51,133 bases of DNA from a virus (lineage: Duplodnaviria; Caudoviricetes), in the IMG/VR virus record IMGVR_UViG_3300020003_000002, positions 1 to 51,133 of that record; one strand, written 5' to 3'. The translations under genes were made by a program, and so were the position numbers. This document shows positions 8,082-18,051 of the stretch, one piece after another. The notes under the pieces were generated by a model that made no database searches, had not been told where the DNA came from, and was given only the letters and a program-made list of their open reading frames with translations. Positions within the stretch are counted from its first letter, which is position 1; each line of letters begins with the position of its first letter.

Positions 8082-8489
8082 CTATTGCGTCGGCGCCTGG
8101 TAGATCTGCGCCTCGGTGGCCGTGGCGCCGTTGGCGATCTGCTGCTGAGCGGCGCCGACCGCCTTCTCCCGGTCGGCAAGGTTCCGGCGCATCACAACCA
8201 GACGCGCCTCGGTGGCCCTGATCGCTGCCTGCGTGTCGGGCGACGGCTGCTTCATGGCCACAACCTGCGCTGTCACAGCCTCGATTTCGCTGCGGAAAGC
8301 GGCCGTCAACACGCCGTCGGTCTGCGTCTTGACCGCGGCGACCTCAAGGCGCGTGGCTTCGGCAACACTGGCGAGAGCGTCGAGGCGCCGGTTCTGCTGC
8401 CCCTGCATCAACCACTGCCCGCCGACGCTGACCCCGGTCGCGGCGATGAGCGCAACCGCGGCGATGAGCGCGACCACGATCGTGTCCAT
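8082..8489 (-). CDS. Membrane-anchored coiled-coil lysis-cassette protein
   Basis: N-terminal TM helix plus Ala/Gln coiled coil; coupled to endolysin stop. Confidence 0.7.
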   Translation of the reverse strand: MDTIVVALIAAVALIAATGVSVGGQWLMQGQQNRRLDALASVAEATRLEVAAVKTQTDGVLTAAFRSEIEAVTAQVVAMKQPSPDTQAAIRATEARLVVMRRNLADREKAVGAAQQQIANGATATEAQIYQAPTQ

Positions 8490-9403
8490 CAGTCGGCTTG
8501 TTCGTCGAGCTGCTTGTCCACGCGCGCCTCAACAGCGTCCAACGACTCCTCCGACAGCGTCACCTCACCGACCACCGGCGCGGCGGCCGGCGGGTACTCC
8601 ACGCCCCACACGTCCGGGTCGCCGCTGGACGTGAACACGCCGCCCTGATTGGACAGGTTGCCCAGCAGCAGCGCCTGATGCGCCTGGGCGTTGGTGATCG
8701 GGCCGTTTCCGGGGCCCGGGATGGACGCGTCGTCGACCCACTCGGCCCTGACCTTGCGTCGCAGCATGCCGTCACACAGCCACACCTGGGCAGGGTCGTC
8801 CGCATCGCTGAACCGAACCAGCATCTGAGCCATGTCGTTACCTCCGTCTGGGTTGACGCCATTGAGCAGGGCCATGAAGTAGTCCCACGGGAAGTTTGGT
8901 CCCGGATCGGTGTGGCTCGTGACGCCGAACGCCAGGCGCAGGTCGTTGTGCGACGTGACACCCGGCCTAAACGCCTTGAGCTCTGCGATCGACCGGCGCA
9001 CGAGCGGAATGCCGTACCGGGCCGCGTCGGCACGGATGATGGGCGCGATCTGGCCGAGCATCGCCACGCCGAAATCGTCGAGCCACTGCTCGCGGGTCTG
9101 CGACGCGAAGCCCGCCAACTCCCAGTTGATCCCACGATTGTTGCCAGCGCGGTTGCCCACGGTGTACGCGGTGTCGGCCAGCCGCACGCACTGCACAACC
9201 GAGTTCGAGTCGGCGCAGTAGTGCGCGCTGACTACCCGATCATCAGGCAGAGTGGCGAAGTAGTTGGCTACGTTCTCGGCGGTGGTGGGGAGTTCGTGGG
9301 CTTCCATGTCGTGAATCACGACCCACAACGGCGGACCGTCGGGTCGGCCGGGCTGGTAGCGCTTGGCCTGCACGAACGGCAGCCCGGGGTGGTCTGTGCT
9401 CAT
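8489..9403 (-). CDS. Endolysin, N-acetylmuramoyl-L-alanine amidase (Amidase_2-like)
   Basis: VVIHDME, SAHY, INWELAG, HTDPGPNFPW motifs. Confidence 0.92.
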   Translation of the reverse strand: MSTDHPGLPFVQAKRYQPGRPDGPPLWVVIHDMEAHELPTTAENVANYFATLPDDRVVSAHYCADSNSVVQCVRLADTAYTVGNRAGNNRGINWELAGFASQTREQWLDDFGVAMLGQIAPIIRADAARYGIPLVRRSIAELKAFRPGVTSHNDLRLAFGVTSHTDPGPNFPWDYFMALLNGVNPDGGNDMAQMLVRFSDADDPAQVWLCDGMLRRKVRAEWVDDASIPGPGNGPITNAQAHQALLLGNLSNQGGVFTSSGDPDVWGVEYPPAAAPVVGEVTLSEESLDAVEARVDKQLDEQAD

Positions 9404-10062
9404 TACGCACGCTCGCCGATGAGCTGGAAGGCGGTACCGGCCACGAAGTTGCCGGCGGTCGGCAGGAACGTCAGCGAGGTGTACGGGCCGGCCGCGAGGA
9501 ATACACCGCCACCATTCGCCAATACACGTAGAGAAACGTTGGCGATCGCCCTGAACAGGTAGTTGATTCCAGCGGTCGACAGGACCGAATCCCAGTTGGG
9601 GAAGTCGACTTCACCCACGGCGAAATAGCCCGCACCTGTGCCAGTACCGGGCGTGTAGCCGATGAACTGGGCAGTGTTGCCGGCTGTCGCAAAGGGAGTC
9701 TCGGTCGCGCCGTCCTGCTCGGTGAACGCGGTCCCATACACCGCTGCCGCCGATCCGTTGATCCGCATCAGCGTGGTTGTGTGTGAAGCGCCGGTGTCGC
9801 CCCGGGCCAGATATTCGACGTGCAGCGACCGCAGCGTCGTCGGGATACCGGAGAACGTGATCGACGGCTCAGCGCCGGTGCAGACGTGCCGGTCCCGGTA
9901 GGGTAGCCGTGCCGTGAGCAGCGCCTCCGCTGCGGCGAGGCGAGCGTCAAGCCCAGCCACCGTCGCCTCGGTGTCCAGCGCCAGATTCTCGCCGAGGATC
10001 GCGCCGTTGGGCGGGTCGGACAGGCCCTGGTAGCGCCAGGCGAAAACTGGGGTTGTCGCCAA
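9403..10062 (-). CDS. Minor tail/fibre protein
   Basis: Short coiled coil then beta-rich domain (SITFSGIP...TSLTFLP); GAGGAGG RBS; end of tail module. Confidence 0.7.
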   Translation of the reverse strand: MATTPVFAWRYQGLSDPPNGAILGENLALDTEATVAGLDARLAAAEALLTARLPYRDRHVCTGAEPSITFSGIPTTLRSLHVEYLARGDTGASHTTTLMRINGSAAAVYGTAFTEQDGATETPFATAGNTAQFIGYTPGTGTGAGYFAVGEVDFPNWDSVLSTAGINYLFRAIANVSLRVLANGGGVFLAAGPYTSLTFLPTAGNFVAGTAFQLIGERA

Positions 10063-10129
10063 CGGGTCCTCCTCGATTAACCGATCGTGCTATTTCGATA
10101 GGTAGCGGTGGTCTGTCACGCTCGGGGGC

Positions 10130-10696
10130 ATGACCGCAACCCGGAGGTTCGTGGCACTCGTGCTGCTCGGCGCGCTCGTGGGTGGATGCTCAGCGGCCTC
10201 GGCTTCGCCCATCCCTCGGTCGCCGACAACGGTCACGCCGCTGCGCTACGTCGTGGCGGGAGACGCGGAGTTCCGATCCGAGGTGTGGGCGATCCTCGAC
10301 GCGGGGTGGACGCCCGAGCTCGTCGTACTGGCCGAGAGCGGCCCAGTCGACTTCTTCATCTGGCTCGGCGATCCGGTCGAGACGATTTCGCGGTGCGGCA
10401 TTCCCGCATGCTCGGGCGGTAACGCGGTCGTGATCGACAAGGATCGGTGGTTCAACGGGCGCTACAACAAGCCGCCGGACATGATCCCCGCCGTGTGGCG
10501 CCGGTTCGTCATCAACCATGAGGTCGGCCACCAGTTGGGTATCCCCGACGACGTCGGTCCGTGCAGCGTCATGAACCCGGAAGTCTGCACTGGCGTATGG
10601 CCGATCATGCCCGACGATTACGTACGGGCATGGGCGCGAGACAATCTCGCCGCCCCCCGGTGGCCGAACGGGAACGTTGGCAACGCTAAAGCTTGA
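10130..10696 (+). CDS. Lipoprotein zinc metallopeptidase (DUF3152-like)
   Basis: Lipobox LVGGC; VINHEVGHQLG...SVM zinc motif; opposite strand to tail genes. Confidence 0.75.
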   Translation: MTATRRFVALVLLGALVGGCSAASASPIPRSPTTVTPLRYVVAGDAEFRSEVWAILDAGWTPELVVLAESGPVDFFIWLGDPVETISRCGIPACSGGNAVVIDKDRWFNGRYNKPPDMIPAVWRRFVINHEVGHQLGIPDDVGPCSVMNPEVCTGVWPIMPDDYVRAWARDNLAAPRWPNGNVGNAKA

Positions 10697-11429
10697 AAAC
10701 GGTCAGCGTGCGACGGTGGAAGTCGACGTTGGCTGAGGCCCCGGCCAGCGTGCGGTACTTCATCGTGATGGTCGTGTCGCCGGGCGTGAGGCCACCGAAT
10801 ACTGCCTGAGTGGTCGTCGACGTAACCAACACCGGCGTGTTTGTGCCGGCAGACGTAGAGAGAGTCAGAGTGTTCGAACCGACGAGCGGGTCGACCGCCT
10901 CGCTCGGCGATCGCGTGTTAGCCCCCGCGAACTCGACGTCGAACCGACCGCCGTGCGTCGTCGTGGCGGCGGTGGCGGCGATCCACTGGATCTGTGCGGT
11001 CGCGATGATCAGGATCCGCCCGCTAGGACCTACCGGCACCGTCACCCGCGGCCCCACCGTGGCGAGGTCGGTGTAGGTCGCGCTACCCGTGGCCTCGCCG
11101 GCGAGGATGAAGTCGGTGTAGATCTGGCTGTTAAGCAGCGACACCGCATCTGTCGCGTCAGCCGTGTTGGGGATCACGATCCGGCCGTCGATATACATGG
11201 TCTTCGCCGGCCCACCGACGGACATGATGCCAACCACGGCACCGGGCACCAGCAGCGTCATTTCGCCGACGCCCTTTAGGGGAAGATTCGCCAGCACCGT
11301 CCCGCCGACCAGCACCGTGTTCTCGAGCGTGACCTGGTCGAAGGTGACGATCACACCCTGACGGAAGCGCACGTCCTGGCTCGGCGGCTCGGGCGCGGCG
11401 GCGAACAGATCGGCTAGGTCGTCGTTCAA
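10686..11429 (-). CDS. Minor tail protein
   Basis: Follows hub protein; FRQGVIVTFD N-domain, beta-rich C-domain. Confidence 0.7.
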   Translation of the reverse strand: MNDDLADLFAAAPEPPSQDVRFRQGVIVTFDQVTLENTVLVGGTVLANLPLKGVGEMTLLVPGAVVGIMSVGGPAKTMYIDGRIVIPNTADATDAVSLLNSQIYTDFILAGEATGSATYTDLATVGPRVTVPVGPSGRILIIATAQIQWIAATAATTTHGGRFDVEFAGANTRSPSEAVDPLVGSNTLTLSTSAGTNTPVLVTSTTTQAVFGGLTPGDTTITMKYRTLAGASANVDFHRRTLTVFKL

Positions 11430-12563
11430 CTAGGACACCCCCAGCAACACGACAGTCTGTTCCCTCGTCGTCGCCGTCATTGGCGCCGAGGCGACCAGCG
11501 GGATCGTGATGCGCTCGATGATGTGCTTCTCGACGCCGTGGCGGTTGCTGTAACGGATCCGGATCGGATCCCACGGCTCCAACGCCGGGTTCGGCACCGC
11601 CGTGAAGTCGACCGAGTACGGCAGGCCCAATTGCTTACGCAGCATCGAACTCGCCGCAGACGCGGCCTGGGTGTCGTTGGTTATGAACGGCGAACTGAAG
11701 AACCGCGGCACCGGACCGAACGCGCCGTGAAAGTACGTCGGCGACAGCGGGTTGTTATCGACCACCACCGCACGTGCCGGCGTCTGCGTGTCGGTCGCCT
11801 CCCCGAACGCGACCACCGCGTTGTACACCCGATCACGGGTCAACTGCCGCGCCATCGAGACGAGCACCCCGCCCTGGCCGGAGTCCACATCGAACACCGG
11901 AGAGTCGGTGGTGGGCTGCTCGCGGATGACGAGGATGCCGCGGTGGTCCCAGTACCAGATCTTCCCTAGCGACGTAACGAGGTCGTTGAGGAAGCCGTAG
12001 CGGTCCTCTTCGGCGATCAGGTCCCGGCCGAGCGTGTCGGTGTCCCCGCCGTCGGTCCATTCGATCGTCGCCGACGGCCAAACCTCGGTGACGAGTTCTT
12101 CGACCACGCTGCCGTACGTTCGCGCCGCGAGGAACTGCACCGGGGCCAGGAGTCTGCCGTCGACCAGGCCAGCCATCCGGTCCTTGCCGACGATACGGAT
12201 AGGGCCGTCTGGTGCCGAGTCCTGGGCCGGGCCTTGGATTCGGTAGTAGCCGAGACTTACCCACTCGGTGGTGCCGTTACCAAAGATCACGGCTCGACGA
12301 ACGAAGACCTCGTTGCCGTACGGAGCCAAGGTCAGGTTCCCGTGCGTGGGCCACATCGCGGTGCCGTTGGTGACCAGGTCCAACGTCGCGCGCACATCCG
12401 AGTGGGCGTCGGCGATGACGTCGCCGGAGAGGATCGGGATCTCGATGCCGTCCGGGTCGGTGCCCGTGGCGAACTGGGTAACCACCCGGGCGTCGGCCGT
12501 CATCGTGTGGGAGCCGCGCAATGTGCGCAAAAAGGCGTCAGACACGGGGCGGATTGGACTCAC
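11430..12563 (-). CDS. Tail hub protein (DUF5047-like)
   Basis: RPVSDAFL...GSH start, LAPYGNE, VYNAVVA, FGPVPRFFSSP, PNPALEPWD. Confidence 0.8.
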   Translation of the reverse strand: MSPIRPVSDAFLRTLRGSHTMTADARVVTQFATGTDPDGIEIPILSGDVIADAHSDVRATLDLVTNGTAMWPTHGNLTLAPYGNEVFVRRAVIFGNGTTEWVSLGYYRIQGPAQDSAPDGPIRIVGKDRMAGLVDGRLLAPVQFLAARTYGSVVEELVTEVWPSATIEWTDGGDTDTLGRDLIAEEDRYGFLNDLVTSLGKIWYWDHRGILVIREQPTTDSPVFDVDSGQGGVLVSMARQLTRDRVYNAVVAFGEATDTQTPARAVVVDNNPLSPTYFHGAFGPVPRFFSSPFITNDTQAASAASSMLRKQLGLPYSVDFTAVPNPALEPWDPIRIRYSNRHGVEKHIIERITIPLVASAPMTATTREQTVVLLGVS

Positions 12564-12589
12564 CGCCTCGCATCAATTACAGAAGTCGC

Positions 12590-13138
12590 TCAGGCCCCGC
12601 CGCCGTGCAGTCGTTGACCCGCCCCGTCGAAGCGCCAATGGCACGAGACACAAAGCGGGATGTAGTGATCTGGTTTCAGGCTGTACCTACATCCCCGCCT
12701 GTCAACCAGATCCTGCGGATCCGCCTTGTCGTAAGCCCAGTGCGCGGCCCGCTCACCGCAATGGAGACAAGCGTGTCCTCTGACCGGACCATGACGAGCC
12801 GCCGCACGGCGATGGGCGGCGGTGTACCCCGCGGACCCACCCTTCCATCGCGGATGACTCTCGGCCGGAGACCCGGCAATCCACCCGCCGTGATCAACGT
12901 GATTTGGGTCCCCGTGCTTATACCACCGCTGGTAGTGCATGATGCAGTAACCGCTACTGCGATGCTTGCGTTCGCAGCCAGGAACCGCACAGGGGGGACG
13001 ACCGGTCTTTATCGGGGCCGTGCCGACGCTCCCGGTTTTGCGCCAACGGCGGTAGTGAGCATCGCAGAGTTGTGCTGGCGTGCAGACCACAATGCGCCGA
13101 TCGCAGCCGTCAACAGAACAGGTTCGGGTAGCCTGCAT
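12590..13138 (-). CDS. Free-standing HNH-like endonuclease with Cys/His Zn repeats
   Basis: Two CxVxGC...C..HY.RW.K.G repeats; C-terminal CLHC...YIPLCVSCH. Confidence 0.7.
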   Translation of the reverse strand: MQATRTCSVDGCDRRIVVCTPAQLCDAHYRRWRKTGSVGTAPIKTGRPPCAVPGCERKHRSSGYCIMHYQRWYKHGDPNHVDHGGWIAGSPAESHPRWKGGSAGYTAAHRRAAARHGPVRGHACLHCGERAAHWAYDKADPQDLVDRRGCRYSLKPDHYIPLCVSCHWRFDGAGQRLHGGGA

Positions 13139-13228
13139 GGCTAGCCCCTTCCTCGCCTAGATCGAGTGAGCGGGTTAGAGGCCACTTGGGGTTCGCGCCC
13201 CGGGCGGCCTCGCCTATTCTTCCATGAA

Positions 13229-14176
13229 CTAAGGGACGATCACCTCGTCGGACGACCCGACTAGCTCCAGCAATAAGCTCCAGCTGCTGTGCGCCGCAAT
13301 CACGTCGGTCCATGAGCCGAACGTATTGATGACCGTCTGCCAACTCGACGTGGCACCAACCACATCCGGGCCGGGCGCGGCCACTTCGACCACGGGGATG
13401 CTGGTGAACCGCATCGGGTCCGGCGGTATCGGATACTCAACCGCCGTGCGACCGGCGTAGAGGAACACGCCGCCGGTGGGGATGACAGACCCGGGTGGCA
13501 CGTGCAGGAACAGGATGTCGCCGCCGGCTAGCAGCAGGTCCAGGTCGGTGCCGGCGTCGTCGGTGTTGGTGCGCACCTTGAGCGTGTACTGCTTGGACCC
13601 GCGTACGTCGGTGACCGCGACCGGAAGGGACCGGCCCACCACGGGGAATGCGCCACCGCGTTCTGGCCGTTCGAAGCGGAACGTGTCACCCAGCGGCGTC
13701 GAGATGGTCAGGTTCAGGAACGGCCGGGCCACCGACTTGAGCCATATCGCAGTGAGGGTGGGTGTGATGTCCGCGATCTCGGACTGCCCGAACGGCACCA
13801 ATGTGCGCAGCCGGTAGTAGTTGACCACGTTGGGGGCGAACTCGTAGTCGCTCAGGCTGAACGTGCCACCGGCGACGGAGATTGTGTCGCCGCCGCGGAC
13901 CGTGGTCCAGTTGATCTGGTTGGTGGACCGTTCGACCGTGGCGAGGGTGAACACGTCCATGCCGGTGGCCGTGATGCGCACCCGCGACAGCACCGGGTCG
14001 TAGACGAGGGTGAGAGCAATATCGGCGTTGAGCGGCGACGACGACCGGCCCCACAGGTCACCCTCAACCAACTCGGTAAGGACGAGGATCCGGCTGAGTG
14101 CGCCGATGGCGGCGGTGGAGGCCGCGGCGCCGCCCGGAACCCAGGCGGCGACGTCATCGTCCACCAGGACGGGCAT
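13229..14176 (-). CDS. Distal tail protein-like
   Basis: DYEFAPN, WLKSVARP, VVGRSLPVAVTDVR, C-terminal W-rich repeats; position after tape measure. Confidence 0.7.
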   Translation of the reverse strand: MPVLVDDDVAAWVPGGAAASTAAIGALSRILVLTELVEGDLWGRSSSPLNADIALTLVYDPVLSRVRITATGMDVFTLATVERSTNQINWTTVRGGDTISVAGGTFSLSDYEFAPNVVNYYRLRTLVPFGQSEIADITPTLTAIWLKSVARPFLNLTISTPLGDTFRFERPERGGAFPVVGRSLPVAVTDVRGSKQYTLKVRTNTDDAGTDLDLLLAGGDILFLHVPPGSVIPTGGVFLYAGRTAVEYPIPPDPMRFTSIPVVEVAAPGPDVVGATSSWQTVINTFGSWTDVIAAHSSWSLLLELVGSSDEVIVP

Positions 14177-14646
14177 CAGGCCTTCTCGAAGTCCATACTG
14201 GCCCGCACGTTGACCGCGTTCGTGGGGGCGGTGCAGCGGATGACGAACCCCTCAGCGAATGCCGAGTCCGGTGTCCGGTCGCGGGGGAAGTTCGCCACCA
14301 CAAGCCCGCCGATGGGGGTGAGCAGAAACTCCCTGAACACGGTGAGCACTGTCGGCTCGGCCGTCCACGTCTTCCCGGCGGTCATGCCCGATGCCACGGC
14401 CCGGCCGTAGTTGGTGCGGATCGTGGTGGTGGTCGAGTTGGTGCCCGGCGAGTTGGTGGCCCACGTCGCGTAGCAGAGTTCGACGAGAACGGCCTTGTCG
14501 CTGGCGGTCACGCCGTCGAAGCCGATGGCGTAGCCGATCCAGTCCATCCCGAACGCGGCGTTGGCCTTGACGCCGATGATGGTCTTGACCGTCGCCCCGA
14601 CTAGCGCCACCGCGCCCTCTGTCGTGCAGCTGTAACCGGTCTTCAT
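14176..14646 (-). CDS. Virion structural protein, apparent paralogue of 21006-21497
   Basis: KTIIGV...IGFDG...FVIRCT pattern; directly after tape measure. Confidence 0.65.
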   Translation of the reverse strand: MKTGYSCTTEGAVALVGATVKTIIGVKANAAFGMDWIGYAIGFDGVTASDKAVLVELCYATWATNSPGTNSTTTTIRTNYGRAVASGMTAGKTWTAEPTVLTVFREFLLTPIGGLVVANFPRDRTPDSAFAEGFVIRCTAPTNAVNVRASMDFEKA

Positions 14647-14666
14647 GGATATCCCCTCTTGGTTTG

Positions 14667-16655
14667 CTACACGCCGGCCAGCACGCGGCGGCGGGTGTCC
14701 CGGTCTCGCTCGGTGACAACTTTGACCATGCGTGGCTCGATGGCCTGCCCGTCGAGGAGCACGGTGACGGTGAAGTTCTCGGCTGACATCGGCGTCAGGT
14801 TCGCGGGATGTACCATGCCGCTGGCCGGGAAGGTGACCGTCTCGAACCCACGCTCGTTGATCATGTACGGGATGCCGGGAAGCACCGCCCCGCCGGAGGC
14901 TCGGCGTCCCTCCCGCCCACCCACGCCGGCGGTGGCGGGGCTGAGCGGAATGGGCGGTACGTACGACGAGGCCCGCTCGCCCTGACGGAAGGTGGCGGTG
15001 AGCGTGATCGTCCGGTCATACAGACGGTTCAGCTCACGATCGGTCTCCTGGATCGCCGCCAGCGCCTGGGCGTTCTGGGCCTGGATCATGGTGATCTTCT
15101 CAGCCGGGATCAGATCGAGCGAGCCGACGTAGTGGTCGACTGCGGCCTTGTTGAACCCCATCTGCAATAGCAGGTTGCGCAGTTGCCGCTCAAGTGCGTC
15201 GGTGTCCCCGCCCGCTTCGGCGGTCTTGATAATCATGTCGCCGTACATGTCGGTCAGGTCCCGCACCATGTCGGCGTTGTCGCGACCGGCCTGGGTGTTG
15301 CGGTCCAGCGACCCGGCGCCCTTGTCGCCCTCTTCCTTCTGCTCCTTGATCTGCTCAGTCAGCCTCGCAACTGTGTCGGCGGCCCGGTCTTGCAGTTCCT
15401 CCATGCTGAAGTAGGCGGGGATGAGTTCCGCGGCCGTCTTGATCAGATCGTCCAGCGCGTCGTTCATACTCTTGAGTCTTTGGGCGGCGATGTCGGCGCC
15501 CTCGCCGACCTCCTCGAGCGAACCGACGAACGGGTCGATCGTCTCAGGCGCTCCGCCCGTCGTGATCATGATGTCCCTGAGCATGGTGCCCAGGAATGGC
15601 ACGTTGCGGAACATGCTCTCCGTGACCTGGACCATGCCCATGAACGCGTCGGAGAGCATGTGGATATACGCGCCGGTGAGAATGATCGTGCCGTTGATGA
15701 GTTTGAACATGGCATCGAGGCCCATCACGGCACCCTCGGATGCGGTGATCTCATCCATGAACGTTCCGAGCGCTTCGCCCAGGTCGCCCATGCCCTCGGC
15801 CGCTACCGCCGCGAATGGGCCCATGCGGTCGAACGCTTTGTTCAGGCCCGGCATGATGTTCTTGCCCAGGTCGCCCAGACCTCCGGCGATGGTGTTGACG
15901 TGCGGGGCCATCTTCGCGAACGCCTCGGGCAGGTGCATGTCCTTGAACGCCTGGTCGATGATTGTCATCGCCTGCAGCGCCGGCCTGACGAACGCATCGG
16001 CGCCGCGGAAGAACTCTGCCGATATTGAATCGCCCAGCGTCTTCGCTGCCGCGATCACGTTGGCGTCCTTCGCCGCCATCAACAGACCACCGGCCACACC
16101 GGCGGTGCCGATGAGACCCGCGCCCAGTCCGGCCGCACCCGCGCCGAGGACCGGGCTGATCGGCCCGGGACCGACAACGGCTGCGACGCCGCCGCCGATC
16201 ATGTTCATTCGTGTCGGGACCTTCGACAGCATGTCGCTGACGTTGGCGAAGCCGCCTTCGTTGGGGTCCGGCGTCAGCTGCCTGCGAAGCCTCTCCAGCC
16301 GGTTCAGAAGCGAACGCTGCTTATCAAGGGCAACGCCGTCCATGGTGTCGCCGGTGCGGGCGAACTCCAGCCCCAGTCCATGCACCGCACGACGGGTCGC
16401 CATGATCCGGGCATCCAGCACGGACAGACTGGCGGCGGCGCCCAGTGCTTCGTCGCCGAGGTCGTCGACTTGCCGCTTCGCCACGGCGGTGGCCGCCGTG
16501 AGCTGGGTCATGTCCCGCGAGACTTCGTCGGTCTCGTCGCCGAGCTTCTCCATCTCGGCCGACACCCGGCGGGTGACGGCAGCGGTCTGGGCGGCGTCCT
16601 TGTTGTATCCGGCGGTGAGCAGTTCCAAAAATACGGAGACCCGGCGGGTAGCCAT
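14667..16655 (-). CDS. Tape measure protein (662 aa)
   Basis: Ala/Gly-rich helical protein after chaperones; C-terminal RASGGAV...YMINERGFE. Confidence 0.9.
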   Translation of the reverse strand: MATRRVSVFLELLTAGYNKDAAQTAAVTRRVSAEMEKLGDETDEVSRDMTQLTAATAVAKRQVDDLGDEALGAAASLSVLDARIMATRRAVHGLGLEFARTGDTMDGVALDKQRSLLNRLERLRRQLTPDPNEGGFANVSDMLSKVPTRMNMIGGGVAAVVGPGPISPVLGAGAAGLGAGLIGTAGVAGGLLMAAKDANVIAAAKTLGDSISAEFFRGADAFVRPALQAMTIIDQAFKDMHLPEAFAKMAPHVNTIAGGLGDLGKNIMPGLNKAFDRMGPFAAVAAEGMGDLGEALGTFMDEITASEGAVMGLDAMFKLINGTIILTGAYIHMLSDAFMGMVQVTESMFRNVPFLGTMLRDIMITTGGAPETIDPFVGSLEEVGEGADIAAQRLKSMNDALDDLIKTAAELIPAYFSMEELQDRAADTVARLTEQIKEQKEEGDKGAGSLDRNTQAGRDNADMVRDLTDMYGDMIIKTAEAGGDTDALERQLRNLLLQMGFNKAAVDHYVGSLDLIPAEKITMIQAQNAQALAAIQETDRELNRLYDRTITLTATFRQGERASSYVPPIPLSPATAGVGGREGRRASGGAVLPGIPYMINERGFETVTFPASGMVHPANLTPMSAENFTVTVLLDGQAIEPRMVKVVTERDRDTRRRVLAGV

Positions 16656-16667
16656 CGCGGCCTCCCG

Positions 16668-17054
16668 TCAGGTCCGTCGAGTCGAGATCACCACGCCGCG
16701 TTTCTTGGACTTCGCCACGTCCTCAGACACCGCCTGCGCGATGCGGGACGGCTGGCACACGTCCCGCACGACCGTCCACGACCCGGCGGTGGAAGGGTCC
16801 CGGCACACCGACATCGGATGCCCGCACGACGGGCAGATGTCCTTGCGCTCGGCCAGCAGAGCCAGGACAAGACCCCGGTCCGTGTCGGTCCACTCCGGTT
16901 CGGTGACGCTGCGCACCATGACGCCCTGCTCGTATTCGTAGGTCGTCTCGACCGGTGCACCCCGGAAACGGCTGTAACTGGTGCCGGCTTCGAGCGCCGC
17001 CTCTACGTCTGCTCGGAGGTCCCGGTCAGCTCGGAGGCGGCGTCGGAGTTTGGG
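16668..17054 (-). CDS. Tail assembly chaperone frameshift extension (T part of G-T)
   Basis: -1 frame open from slippery site; EPEWT...CPSCGHP...C. Confidence 0.8.
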   Translation of the reverse strand, partial: PKLRRRLRADRDLRADVEAALEAGTSYSRFRGAPVETTYEYEQGVMVRSVTEPEWTDTDRGLVLALLAERKDICPSCGHPMSVCRDPSTAGSWTVVRDVCQPSRIAQAVSEDVAKSKKRGVVISTRRT

Positions 17055-17554
17055 ACGTCGACCTCGCCCATGTTCAGGTTGAGACTGCTGGAGACCAGCC
17101 GGTTCCATGCCTGGGCGTGCAGGACGTCCGCCAGCTCGCCGACCTGCTCGACGCTCATCACCGGATCCACACAGGATCGGGAAACAAGGTCGGCGTAGAA
17201 CGGGAAGATCCGCTCACCCCAGTCGTCGTCGGATTCCTTCTCTTCGCGGGTGGGCATGCTGGCCCAGAATTTCGACCAAGCGCGGCCGCCCATGGCCCGC
17301 AGCCGGAAGTCCACCGTGGACTCCCGCATCCGCTCCTGAGTCTCGACGATCTGCTCAGCGATGACCCGCTTGCCCGGGTCGCCGAGACTTGTCGGTGGCG
17401 GCGCCTCGGCGAGTTGCAACTCCAGTTGCGCGATCTCCTCGACCAGTTCACCGGCCAAGCACAGCGGGACGGTGCGGGTCGGCAGCGTGGCGAGCTTCTT
17501 GATGTCGTCGAAATTCCTTGGCGCCGCAGTGGCGGGCTTCGCGCGGGCGGCCAC
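17003..17554 (-). CDS. Tail assembly chaperone (G)
   Basis: Between tail tube and tape measure; GTG start overlaps tube stop. Confidence 0.85.
   Translation of the reverse strand: MAARAKPATAAPRNFDDIKKLATLPTRTVPLCLAGELVEEIAQLELQLAEAPPPTSLGDPGKRVIAEQIVETQERMRESTVDFRLRAMGGRAWSKFWASMPTREEKESDDDWGERIFPFYADLVSRSCVDPVMSVEQVGELADVLHAQAWNRLVSSSLNLNMGEVDVPNSDAASELTGTSEQT
17048..17054 (-). other. Programmed -1 frameshift heptamer C-CCA-AAC
   Basis: X XXY YYZ in correct phase (GTC CCA AAC); -1 frame reads PKLRRRL into the downstream ORF. Confidence 0.8.
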
Positions 17555-18048
17555 TAAGCCACCACACTTCGCGTGTTCGGATCGAGGTAGATGGTCAGGT
17601 CGACGGTGAAGTCCCATGCCGTGTCCGGGGCGGGCTTGACCGGCGCGTCGGCGCCGGACTCAACCGGATACACCCCGACAGTGCCGGTGGACCCACCAGT
17701 GCCCTGGCCGATCGTCCACGCGGTGGCCTTGTCGATGCCCGTCCGCACACCGAAGAACCCCACCGCCCGGTACACCAGCAAAGTCCACGGCGTGTCCGTC
17801 GGAGAATTGTGGTGCAGCGTCAGGGCGATCGACGGCTTGCGCCGGCCCACCCGCTCGAGGTCAAACGTGGACCCGACGTTGCCGACGTTGACCTTGCCGG
17901 TGGTCATGCCGATGTCCAGACCGTCCGGCGTGATGAAGTCGGTCAGGTCGGTGCCGGCGTTGAGCTCGGCCACCGTCGGCAGTGCGATGTTCGCGCACGC
18001 GGTCATCCACACACACCGGACCCGGCCGTCCATGATGACGACAGACAC
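17554..18048 (-). CDS. Major tail tube protein
   Basis: PTVAELNAGTDLT motif typical of actinophage tail tubes; VGVYPV. Confidence 0.88.
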   Translation of the reverse strand: MSVVIMDGRVRCVWMTACANIALPTVAELNAGTDLTDFITPDGLDIGMTTGKVNVGNVGSTFDLERVGRRKPSIALTLHHNSPTDTPWTLLVYRAVGFFGVRTGIDKATAWTIGQGTGGSTGTVGVYPVESGADAPVKPAPDTAWDFTVDLTIYLDPNTRSVVA

Positions 18049-18051
18049 TGG

